Source: Callorhinchus milii (lineage: Eukaryota). Taken from it: 64,000 nt of DNA. The stretch's first letter is position 1; every line of letters begins with the position of its first letter. The translations under genes and the position numbers were made by a program. Below, one piece after another: positions 1-10,184 of this stretch. Under the pieces are notes generated by a model, which was not told where the DNA came from, did no database searches, and saw only the letters and a program-made list of their open reading frames with translations. The stretch spans positions 31,622,001-31,686,000 of the forward strand of contig NW_024704743.1 in the NCBI RefSeq assembly GCF_018977255.1, written 5' to 3'.

Positions 1-620
1 AGACCGACCGACCGACAGACGGACGTTGGCTCGTTTCAGTCACTGTCGCGGAGGATTTGCTTTCTTTTCTGTTCCTTAACTTGTTGGATTATTTTATTTA
101 TTTCCGGGCGTTTGTACGCGATGCTTTCTTATTCGGGACCGTAACGCCATCGATGCATAACCACAGCGCCAATTAAAACATTTGGCGATCTTACATCCGT
201 CAATGTAAACGCAAAAAAATACATCAGCACCGAGTTTTATTTCTCGCCTCCAGAAGCACATCATTCGTTCGGACTTTGCACAGAACAGCACTGATATTGA
301 CCAACCCTTTCCCTTCCATGTGCACAAACGCTGTGTAACAAAAGCCTCGTTAATTTCAGCGATGTTTTTGTTCCTTTCGGGTTTGCTGTGCCACATGGTG
401 CGCAGACAATGCAACACAATATATAACATTATTGTTTTTTCCCGTCCGCTATTCCTCGTAAAACCGTACCGAGCCGCCTGTGCGTAAATGGTGAAAGCGA
501 TAACCCGCTGTGCTCAATTACGTTTGCATGTAATCCGGAATAAAGAAAGACCTCACACACCAGTGCTACAGACCCCGAGTTAACTGCGCTTTCGAGATGG
601 ATTTTACCTCATTCACCGTT
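1..620. promoter_or_regulatory. CpG-enriched, repeat-free flank, probably upstream region of a gene lying left of the window
   Basis: Many unmutated CpG dinucleotides compared with the CpG-depleted bulk of the window; no recognisable repeat or protein similarity. Confidence 0.4.
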
Positions 621-679
621 ATCACATTCAGCAAAAGACTAACTAAAAAAAAAGACTGCATTTTACAGAAATGATAATT

Positions 680-960
680 TCTCTCTCTCTCTCCCTGTAT
701 GTGTGTGTGAATATGATGCTGGTCACCCGACTTCATGTTATTTGGATGAAAATGACTCGAGCATTTTTAAAGGTAATTGCTAAGTATATCTGTAGGCTGG
801 CGGATAGTTCAACTCTGTTCTGTGCCACTCTTTCTGTATAGGCAGTACATAAAAATGTGCAAGTGTTTTACGGTTTTTGTTTGTGTGTCCGCGTGTGTTG
901 GTGTATATATATATATTTGTGTTTCTACTGTATATACAAAATGTGTGTGTGTGTGTGTGT
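680..960. repeat. Cluster of (CT)n, (GT)n and (TA)n microsatellites
   Basis: ctctctctctct at ~680, tatatatatatat at ~904, tgtgtgtgtgtgtgtgtgt at 942-960. These explain the CVCVCV ORFs. Confidence 0.9.
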
Positions 961-1814
961 ACTTGTGTTTATGTTAATGCAATATGTTTGTGTTCCATTT
1001 CCAATGAATAGTGTCATTAGCTATTGGAAACGTTCATTCAGTGATGGCGAGTGGACACACATAAACAGTACCAAGACCAAAATGATAATATTAATTCACA
1101 TAATAATAGATACCTGAGATTCATGGGCAGACAGTAATCTCATCTCAGGTTTCAATTGATAATAAACCACAAAAGGCAAACGCAGAACAATTTATTACAG
1201 TCGGTGAGAATTTAAGATGCGACAAAATTCTTCAAATCATTCCGCAGTACCTATTATTTGCAGCATTAATAGTGCTGAATAGATACTCTATATTGCAGAA
1301 TTAGTTTAATTTATATAGCGTGTGTTTTTCCAACAGTGGTTCTCAGGTCGATGCTAACTTCTAGTATTCTGCGCATCACTGATAGATGATATTGTTTAAT
1401 CAGAAATGTTAATAATAATTATATCATTGTTCCAAGTTTCATTGAGAAATAATTTGCAGTCGGTGTTGTTGTTGGGGGAAATCTGCGGTCCAGTATATAA
1501 CACATGGTAGAATAATAGAATAATTTCAGTCGTCCCACAAAAGGTACTGGGTTCCTTTTTCACTTCTGGTCTAAAATAAAGCAATCAATTACTTCCTGAC
1601 AAACCTCTTAAAAATCAGTCCAAGTATCCATTATCTCTGATTGGTGTTCAAATCGCACCAGAATTAATTTCATATCAATAACAATATTTGATACCAATCT
1701 GTGTTTCTTCTGTTCTACGTATGAATACCGAATTCAATGTCACGTTGAAATGTCACATTGATTTCCTCCCATTGCACAGTTCGGATGTCACCTCTGCTTT
1801 TGCCCATTTTCTTT

Positions 1815-2200
1815 CTCTCCCTTTTTCTCCTCTCCTCTCCCGAAAGCACTGACACGAGTTCAGATGCAATTCCACTGGCATCATCCAGCGCTCTGATACC
1901 TTGCACAAGTGGCTTTTTTTAATATATATATATATGTGCGAATGTCCTGGACAGTCTCAGTGTACCATTCAATTAGGGGTTCAAGGGGAACATTGTCGCT
2001 GTGTCTGATGCTGTCCTCACCTTTCATGATCCACACACCCGCGGTTTCCAGCAGGGGTCACTGGATTGCATCAGGAGCAAAAAAAAACCCTTGACTGATT
2101 TTTTTTATCCCTCCTCGCCAAGGGGACATCAAATCCAATTTTAATATCCACATGCTGCCGGATTGAGATCATCTGACTGAGCACGAAATAAATTGAGAAC
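1815..2200 (-). mobile_element. Ancient SINE relic (family B; degenerate copies elsewhere in window)
   Basis: Minus strand GCTCCTGATGCAATCCAGTGACCCCTGCTGGAAA...GGTGAGGACAG...TCAGTGCTTTCGGGAGAGGAGAGGAGAAAA resembles 15915-16235, 23900-24170, 58515-58730 and 62615-63260. Confidence 0.6.
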
Positions 2201-4782
2201 AAAATTTGCGACCTTCTGATTCTGTATTCTTTAGTATTACATGCACCAAACATAAATGGTATACATATATATTTAAAAATGCCTAAATTGACGGTCTTTC
2301 TCTTTTACTCTGCTTTTACTGTCCGCCTTTATAGTGCATTATTTTCTCGAATCACGACTCTGTGGATCCGACATTGGTCTGGTCTCAGCCTCGATCTTTT
2401 ATATCCCTGTTTTACTGCGCTTTTGAGGCGAGTTTGCTGAAAATTGATCTCAAAAGTGTATGTAACAGCCCCGTACTCTTTAGTACAGGTTGTAATTAGA
2501 CCAAAGTGATGTCTTAGTCTTGGACTTATGTTTTGCAACGGTTCTATAACTACAATACTAACTAGCATTTCAACACTGAAGTTGATATTCTGGTATTATG
2601 CTGAATGCAAATCACTGGATAGAAAATGATATGCAATTGTTAGATTCTTAAATTTACCAATTATTAATTTATGAAGTGCAGACTGGATATTTTTCTCAAA
2701 ACAAATAAATAACATTGATTTGTAGAACAGTCTGTAAATATCTTTGGATTTTAATAAAACACCAAATGGAAGATTTGATTTTGCTTCAATCAAATCTATT
2801 GCAGAGTTTTGTTTGAATAAACACTATGTTTACCAGCTGGAAAATTACTAGTAAAACAAGAGATGCAAGAGCTTTTCTCAAGAGCTATTTAACATTTTGT
2901 TTAACCAACAGTAGGCTGAACAGCACTCAATAAGCAATTAACAGACATTAATTTGCATGCATGCATGTAAGATTAAACATTGCGCATGCACAATAATGTT
3001 TAGCAGTTCTGCAGGTGTTAGTGTGTGCAGCCAATATAATCAGCCCCACCCCAGTAAATCTATTTATTTATCATGAGCTAGTAAGATGTCAGTACTTTTG
3101 GTAACCAGGAATAAATCTCACGGCTGACACGACTCTCCTAACCCATCTTTATATCTCAGCGTTGTGTGTAAATCTCTTTCTTTTACCACTTGTTCTTGAG
3201 AACTGCTCTTAAACAATAAGGAGGCACACAAATACTTATTGTTGCTTGGTTTTCAACAAAAGGTTTAAAAGTTTGTCTCCGTTTAATTTGGTTGCTCTCG
3301 CATATGTGCACTGGGTTGTGTTCCCAAACACTATCCCCAGAGGTTTGCATCAAGAGATTCCAGGACTATGCTACAATAGAAGCTTGCCTGTCTCCTTAGA
3401 CTTAACATTGCACAATTGTTAAAGAACATTTTAAACAATTAAAAATCACAACCAATTTATATGATATGGTATCAACAACTTGGAAGCTTTGTCTTCTGGA
3501 AAAAAATGACTGGATTTGGAAGTAGTTCTTCATGTCACTGGTTATCTGTTCGTAGAATTGATGTCATTCAATAATTTCAATACCTTATCAATCAATGTAC
3601 ATCATGTATTCCACTTGCTCGCACATATTAAAATATTGAATGTAATTAAGAGCTGCAGCAATACTGATTGAATGTTGCTGAAATGGCTGAGTGTATTTGA
3701 AATTCAGAGGCTGAAGAGTGACTGCTCCGTTACATTCTGAATCACTTCCAAGATTAGAGACTTAATGTTATGGCTGGAGAATTTAAATTCACAGTTGTTT
3801 TGGCAACTCCCAAAATCCCTTTTTTGTAACTTTTCTGAAGACAGCCACAGGAATACTAGACTTGATAAGAATGGAGGTTCATTAGCAGGAAACAAGTGTA
3901 ACGATATAATTGAAAATAAAACCAAACAAGATTCAATACTGCATATTTAATGGCTCTTTGGGCTCTTTGAAAACCTCTTCAACTCTTAGACCTGAAGAGG
4001 TTTGTGGCCCAATAGGCAATCCTTTCTTCATCTCCATGTCCCCCTCTCTCTATCGCAATCTTGCCTGATCCCTCTAATTAACAATACGACAATGCTCAGT
4101 GCTTTAAACTTTCATCTCTTGTTACTCAAAAGCAGCCAATACCTTCCTTTTCGTTACTGCTGAAATCTAAACTCATTCTGAACCAGTACTTCAGGCCTGT
4201 GAAACTCCTTACCCTCTCACTTTTCCCTCCCTATCACAATCTACAATAGCAACAACATCTTGTATTAATAATAATCCTTGAATTTGATATAATGCCGTGC
4301 CATACTGAAACATCTCAAAGTTCATGAGAGTTTTCTCTAAAGTGTACCGACTTGTGGGCCTGACTTCTAAGTGAACGTGACAGCCTATTTGCACAAAGCA
4401 ATGTCCCACAAATAGTCATGAAATGAATGGCCAATTTTTTTTTATCTGTAGGATTATTTGCCAGGACATCAGAAGAAAATCCCTTTTCTTTTTGAATAAT
4501 CCCATGGGATCTTTAACATCCACCTGAACAGGTAGACAAGACCTCAGTTCAATGTCTTATCTGAATGCCAGCATCTCTGACAGCGCTCTACCAGTATTCT
4601 ACGGGTTAATCTTTGACTTCAAAGTCCCGACATGAGGCTTGAATCCTCAACCTTCTCCTCAGAACTAAGGCTGTCAGGAAGCATTTCTTCATCCTATAAA
4701 TTGTGCAGATGTGAATGCTATGCTGAATAAATCTGTAGAGATGAAATCAATAGGGATGTTTAAAAGAGAGATATCTTTTATC

Positions 4783-5493
4783 GTGGAATCCTGTAGCTTA
4801 GAGGTCAGAGCACTCACCTCGCAAGTGAGAGGATCTGGGTTTGATTCCTGAGCAGGGCGAAACTTTGGGCAACTTTTCTTACTCCATATGCCTCTGTGTA
4901 CCTAGCAGTAAATGCGAACATGGTTATTAGTCAGTTATCAGATCGCATTTCCGGGGGTAATAAACGCTTCAAACCAATTTTTTTTAAAAAAAATAATAAT
5001 TTGGTTACTCAATCCACGACTGTTTGTGGGACACTTCCATGCACAATTGGCTGCTGTTTCTTCCACAAAATATACAGTCAATTAATTTTACTGTATATTC
5101 TGTGAAATACTTTATAATAATAATAATAATCCTTGCATTTGATATAGCGCTTTTCACGTCAGGAGGACGTCCCAAAGCGCTTCACAGAACACACTGTAAA
5201 GTGAATTGACTGTATATTTGTGGGCAAACGCGGCAGCCAATTGCGCACAGCAATGTCCCACAAACAGTCGTAGATTGAAAATGACCAATTTATTATTGTT
5301 TTTGGTTTTTGGAGGGATTATTATTAGGCTCTGTGTGGAGTAAGGAAACTTGCCCAAGGTTTCGCCCTCTGCCTGGAATTGAACTCAGGTCTCTCGCTTG
5401 CAAAGCGAGTGCTCTAACCACTGAGCCACAGGACTCCAAATGTCTTGAAGATTTGATAAGACACTATATCAAATGCAAGGATATTATTATTAT
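4783..5493 (+). mobile_element. tRNA(Ala)-headed SINE, long subfamily, interrupted at 5113/5439
   Basis: GTGGAATCCTGTAGCTTAGAGG head, CCTAGCAGTAA segment, tail resumes at 5439 and ends in (TTA)n. Confidence 0.9.
5114..5438 (-). mobile_element. tRNA(Ala)-headed SINE, short/young subfamily, full length
   Basis: Nearly identical to the copies at 24307-24627 and 38698-39024; A and B boxes and (TTA)n tail present. Confidence 0.95.
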
Positions 5494-5600
5494 AGACAGA
5501 CAGATAATGGGTAGTAGAGGTATTAAAGGTTATTGTGAAAAGGCAGAGATTTGGGATTAAAATATTTGATTTGATCTAATAAACTGGTGGAACAGGCTTG

Positions 5601-6234
5601 ATTCACTACCTCACCCCTTCAGGTCGCTAAAATTCTTATTCATGCCTTCATCACCTCCAGGCTTGACTATGCAAACGCCCTGCTTGTTGGCCTACCCAAC
5701 TCCTTCCTCCACAGGCTGCAGATAATCCAGAACTCTGCAGCCCGTGTCCTCTCCCGCACCAAACTCCGTGACCCCATCTCCCCCATTCTCGCCCGATTCC
5801 ATTGGCTCCCTATCCTTCAGAGGATCCAGTTCAAAATCCTGGTCCTCACCTACAAAAAGCTTATAGTCACACCTCATCCTATCTCTGTGACCTCCTAAAC
5901 CTCTACCAATCCTCCTGCTCCCTCTGCTCAGCCGGCTCTGGCCTGCTCCACGTCGCCTGACCCACCCGCCCCACCATCGGCGGGAGAGCCTTCAGCCACT
6001 CTGCCCCCAACCTCTGGAATTCCATCCCCCAATCACTCCGCCTCGCCCCCTTCTTAGCCTCCTTCAAGTCCCGCCTCAAGACCCTCCTCTTCGACCATGC
6101 CATCGGCCACCCCCCTTCCCTCCCTCCCCTCTCCCCCCTGACCCCAGCTCGGGTCTGAAATGCTGTGTACTGTCCAGTGCCTTGGGACGTCCTCCCGACA
6201 TGAAAGCCTCTATCCAAATGTAATCTTGTTGTTG
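5601..6234 (+). mobile_element. L2 LINE, 5'-truncated 3' end
   Basis: Translates to HAFITSRLDYANALLVGLP...LQIIQNSAARVL...HWLPI..RIQFKILVL; ends GGGACGTCCTCCCGACATGAAAG...(TTG)n. Confidence 0.9.
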
Positions 6235-6491
6235 ATGGGCTGAATAGCCTCCTCCTGTTTTCCAATGCTCCAGAGATGAGAGTGGAACCAACTGAGCCAG
6301 GTTGACATTTAATATTACAGAAAAAACCAGAAAAATTTAGTGGTAGATAGCGAGCAGGGAAATTAGAGATTTAAAGACATTGAAGACACAAATATAATGG
6401 TTGAAGAAATATATCTTTTGTTAGGTTTTAAGGCGGGGAGAGATGTAACAAGCATTTAAAAGCCAGGCATAATATCACCAAATCAGTACTT

Positions 6492-6759
6492 ATAATAATA
6501 AACCTTGCATTTGATATAACGCTATATCGCATTTTCCAAACATGTCAAAGCGCAAGTGACCAGATTTTTTTTAAGGGATTATTTATCCCTGGAAAAGCAA
6601 TCTGCCAGTTGACTAACAATCGGGTTCCTACTTACTGCTAGGTAAACAGAGGCGGATGGAGTCAGGAAACATGGCCAATGTTTCGCACTGCTAGAAATCA
6701 AACCCAGGTCCTCTCGCTTGCGAGGCGAGTGCTATAACCACTGAGCTACGGGGCTCTAC
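6492..6759 (-). mobile_element. tRNA(Ala)-headed SINE, long subfamily, internally deleted
   Basis: Head, CCTAGCAGTAAGTAGG segment and tail present; the Deu-like middle is missing. Confidence 0.85.
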
Positions 6760-6974
6760 TGCTTGATTTATCTAATTTCACTGCTTGTTTACAACTTTGG
6801 TCATGCACTGCATGATGAGACATAACCTTTAACCTGAGTTCTGAATAATAAATATGGGAATTCTGGTGGCCAGATTAAGTAAGCAAGAACAGGTGATTTA
6901 AGACATAGATGAAAACATTAGATAACATTATTGAGGAAACACTGCTTAGAGTAAAATAAGATTTGCAAGATATT

Positions 6975-7160
6975 ATGGTTCACAGAACAATCAATGTTAC
7001 AGTATACCCTCTAAAAGGTAGATGAGGAGAGGACACTGAACTCATTTAAAAAACAGCTTGATGCAGTGATGTGGGGTCGGTAGGGTGGGTGTTCTGGTAG
7101 GATGAGATCGGATGGGCTGAAGGGCCTTCTTCATTCAAGCTATCCTGTGATCATGTTTGA
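6975..7160 (+). mobile_element. CR1 LINE 3' end (second family)
   Basis: TTTAAAAAACAGCTTGATG...GGATGAGATCGGATGGGCTGAAGGGCC...TGTGATC, repeated near 29540, 40770 and 49630. Confidence 0.7.
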
Positions 7161-7751
7161 TCTCATGATATAATGGGCTTCTGTAGACCTGAAGTGCAAT
7201 CTAAATTAAAAAAGTATGTTACAAATGATATGGTCTTGTTAAGATTCTTTTTTAAAAAGTTCCCTAATATCTGGATTGAACAAACCGCTCAATGCAATTT
7301 AAAGAAAAATTGAAGTCATTCTTATACCGTCTCTAAACAGACAGGTGACTGAGCCCATGCAAGAGTGGCACCGATTTACGTGCGGTCCCATTGCGCACGT
7401 CCCAAGGCGCCGGACAGTCAGGGATTTGGACTCGGGCGAGCGGGGGGGGGGTGGTGTGTGGGGGTAGGGGGTGGTGGTCCAAGGCTCGGTGCAAGAGGTG
7501 GGTTTTTTGCGAACAGTGTTATTCGTGGCACCTGGTCGTCGTTGTCCCCCCCCACCACCCTCCCTTCCTCCTCTCTCTCCCACCACCCTCCCTTCCTCCT
7601 CTCTCTCCCTTCCTCCCTCTGACTTGCCCCCTGGCTGCCCAGCTGTGTTGTCTTTGCAGCCAGTAACTCTTGTGTACATTCCTGAGGTCAGCGCCGCTTT
7701 GCTCACTGACAACTGATTCATTGGCAGCGGGATCGTAACAGAGCGCGCGCC

Positions 7752-7934
7752 CAGACTGGCCGGCGCCAGCCCCGTGACGTCACCCATTCACACAGCGCTC
7801 CAGCTGGCGCCGGCCCGGCGGCTGCCGTGGCAACGCGTCGCACGCCAATCACCCCAATCCAACCCGGCCCCCCCCCCCCCCCGCCCCCCAGCTGCTCGAG
7901 CCGGGGAGCCGCGCGCCCGGGCCCCGCCCACGCC
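7752..7934 (-). promoter_or_regulatory. Id-gene-type BMP-responsive module (Smad BRE + CRE + TGGCGCC + RFX X-box + EGR site)
   Basis: Plus strand: CAGAC-TGGCC-GGCGCC 7752-7767; GTGACGTCACCCATTCA 7774-7790; TGGCGCC 7805-7811; GCTGCCGTGGCAAC 7821-7834; CGCCCACGC 7925-7933. Order and linker match my recollection of the mammalian Id1 BRE. Confidence 0.75.
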
Positions 7935-8179
7935 TAGCTCGGCCCCGCCCACTCTCACGCCCCGCCCCAGTCAATGCTGCCCCTCAACCTTAACAGGCGT
8001 GGAGGGGAGGAGAGAGGGAGGGGGAGCAGAGGCAGGTTGGGGCGGGGGGGGTAATGCACACCTGCGGTATTCACATTATCCTCTCACCGCTGCTCGACCC
8101 CCCCCCTCCCCTCAAAAAAAAAGTATGATATTGTTCATTTTCATTCCCACCCCCTCACGCACACACACACACACACTCG

Positions 8180-8626
8180 CACGCAGAGAAAACTGCTGCT
8201 GCTCCAACTGTACGGGCGGGTGGGTTTGGGGTTGTGTTATTAACTGCGTGACACATCCAGAGAGAGAGAGAAAAAAACAACCCCCCCCGCCCCACCCCCC
8301 GCCAAGTTTTGCGAAGGGACCCAACTCGTCCGTGTTGCCCCGAGTGCGGCTCTGGCAATCGGAAGGAGTTGGGAGCCGCAGCTTCCTCTTCCGCGGGATC
8401 AGCCCGAACCGTGTTGTGGAGCGTTTCCCTGTGTCTGTGTGTGTGTGTATATATATATGTATACTTACTGTCTATTTAATCTGTAATGATTTAATTCAGA
8501 ACGAACCTGTCGCCATTGTTGTTGGTTGTGTTGTTGTTGAGGTGGGGGTAGAGGGGGTGATCCCCGGCGCTGGTCTTTTCCCGGTACCCGGAAAGCCTTC
8601 GCCAGTGGAGAAGCGCTACGTTCACG
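8180..8626 (+). other. Candidate non-coding first exon (start position uncertain)
   Basis: Lies just downstream of the CCAAT/GC boxes in the CpG island; ends at donor ACG|GTAACG (GT at 8627); only very short ATG ORFs. Confidence 0.55.
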
Positions 8627-8982
8627 GTAACGTCTTCTCCCTCTTTTAACTCGAAAGGCTTCGGGGGTTGGGGTGTGTGTGTGTGTGTTGGGGGGGGGGG
8701 GGGTGTGTTGGGGGGTGTGAAAGCCGTCGCTCTCCTGACCCTCTCCGGCGCCGCTCTCCGCCGTTTTTCAACCGTTTATGTTTTGTTGGAACTTTCGAGA
8801 GATTTGAAAAGAGTTTCGGGAAACTTCCAAACGGTTTGACCCGCGGCCGCCAACCGCCGGGAAGTCCTGTGTCTGTCTGTCTCTCTCTCTCTCTGCAGCA
8901 GCTCTAAACTTGTCTGCGAATCGCTTAACTTTTACTGTCGTGTTGTTGTTGTTGGGGTTTTTTTGAGGGGGTGAGAGGGGGG

Positions 8983-9187
8983 TATAATAATAATAATAAT
9001 AATAATCCTTGCATTTGATATAGCGCTTTTCACGTCGGGAGGACGTCCCAAAGCGCTTCACAGAACACACTGTAAAGTGAATTGACTGTATATATTTGTG
9101 GGCGAAACGCGGCAGCCAATCGATTGCGCACAGCAATGTCCCCACAAACAGTCCTGGATTGAAAATGACCAATTTTATTATTGTTTT
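8983..9187 (-). mobile_element. SINE 3' half, short subfamily (CTCCC loop)
   Basis: (TAA)n CCTTGCATTTGATATAGCGCTTTTCACGTCGGGAGGACGTCCCAAAG. Confidence 0.9.
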
Positions 9188-9593
9188 AATGCAATAATAA
9201 TAATAATAATAATAAAAGTGAATGTCGGATCTTGGGGAGTGTGTGCGGTCCTCCTGCACGTCTCCAGGCTGGTTTTCGAGTTGCTCCGCTGCTATCGAGC
9301 CGCTGTCCATTCGGTCCAAATGTGTCTGGACCCTACTTATTTATTCCTCTCCTTTCCTGGTGCGACGAAATGTTTCCCGCGTGAATGCATCGTTGCTGCC
9401 AACCTACAAGCACTTTTGACCCTTGTGGATGGGGAAAATGAATTCGACCCTTAACGCCCCCAAAAAATGAAAAAATTAATATTAGCTTTTGTTTCACGGA
9501 ACAATTAATTCACGAAACCTCAAATTGTATGGCTACAATTTGTTTTATTGTTTACAATGCATTGAGAAACCAATTTTGTTGAATATGAATAGC

Positions 9594-9835
9594 TGAAACC
9601 TTGGGCAAGTTTCCTTACTCCACACAGCCTAATAATAATCCCTCCAAAAAAACAAAACAATAATAAATTGGTCATTTTCAATCTACGACTGTGGGACATT
9701 GCTGTGCGCAATTGGCTGCCGCGTTCGCCCACAAATATACAGTCAATTCACTTTGCAGTATATTCTGTGAAGCGCTTTGGAACGTCTAGAAGACGTGAAA
9801 AGCGCTATATCAAATGCAAGGATTATTATTATTAT
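9594..9835 (+). mobile_element. SINE, short subfamily, lacking tRNA head
   Basis: GAAACCTTGGGCAAG...CAAGGATTATTATT. Confidence 0.9.
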
Positions 9836-10058
9836 TCTGTGTAATCCCAATTTAACCATGCAAAACATGGATCATGATAAATGCTGGTTGTAATTCATTT
9901 GAAACTTCATCTGCTTTTACAAAATAGTTTCAGATAATAGTCCTGTAACGCGATGATCTGTCTGTTTCCCCTTCTAATTCCAATTTGAAGAATCAATGCA
10001 AGGCCTTGGAAAGTATTGCATGAAAAGTTGCATAAGGTGAAAATTTGACTGCTATTCA

Positions 10059-10170
10059 ACAACAACAACAACAGCATGGATTTATATAGCGCCCTCCACG
10101 GTGGACGGCGTCTCAGAGCGCTTTACAGTAATGGATCCCGGCGCCGAGCCAGGGGGATTCAAGTCGCTTT
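10059..10170 (-). mobile_element. L2-type 3' end of a different family
   Basis: (CAA)n tail, then GATTTATATAGCGCCCTCCACGGTGGACGGCGTCTCAGAGCGCTTTACAG. Confidence 0.65.
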
Positions 10171-10184
10171 ATGCCATTGCGGAG

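Larger units (their letters stand above)
4663..6267 (+). mobile_element. CR1 LINE 3' end, interrupted by SINEs and an L2
   Basis: Degenerate ORF2 C-terminus (GATGTTTAAAAGAGAG) at 4680-4780; 3'UTR GGTGGAACAGGCTTGA / ATGGGCTGAATAGCCTCCTCCTGTT flanks the L2. Confidence 0.6.
4264..6306 (-). mobile_element. Old Deu-domain SINE (SacSINE1/AmnSINE1-like), split by later insertions (pieces 4264-4662 and 6268-6306)
   Basis: CCATGGGATCTTTAACATCCACCTGAACAGG...CTTGAATCCTCAACCTTCT, then resumes with AGAGATGAGAGTGGAACCAACTGAGCCAGG; same family as 17050, 20915 and 23250. Confidence 0.7.
7340..8960. promoter_or_regulatory. CpG island promoter/enhancer
   Basis: High GC and CpG density; GC boxes GGCCCCGCCC at ~7920 and ~7941; CCAAT at 7845 and 7854; CRE at 7775; long G/C runs. 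Confidence 0.9.

Noticed and set aside
2021..2075. Apparent minus-strand first coding exon (ATG AAA G|GTGAGG) with an ATF4-type TGATGCAAT site
   Set aside because: Lies within an ancient SINE relic whose recalled consensus already has the GGTGAGGACAG context; no independent support for an exon.
7775..7858. MHC-type S-X-Y module (RFX + CRE + NF-Y)
   Set aside because: Order and spacing do not fit X1-X2-Y; the Id-type arrangement explains the motifs better.
7774..8649. 291-aa Pro-rich ORF and overlapping ORFs in the CpG island
   Set aside because: GTG start, low complexity and microsatellite-derived; expected from stop-poor GC-rich DNA.
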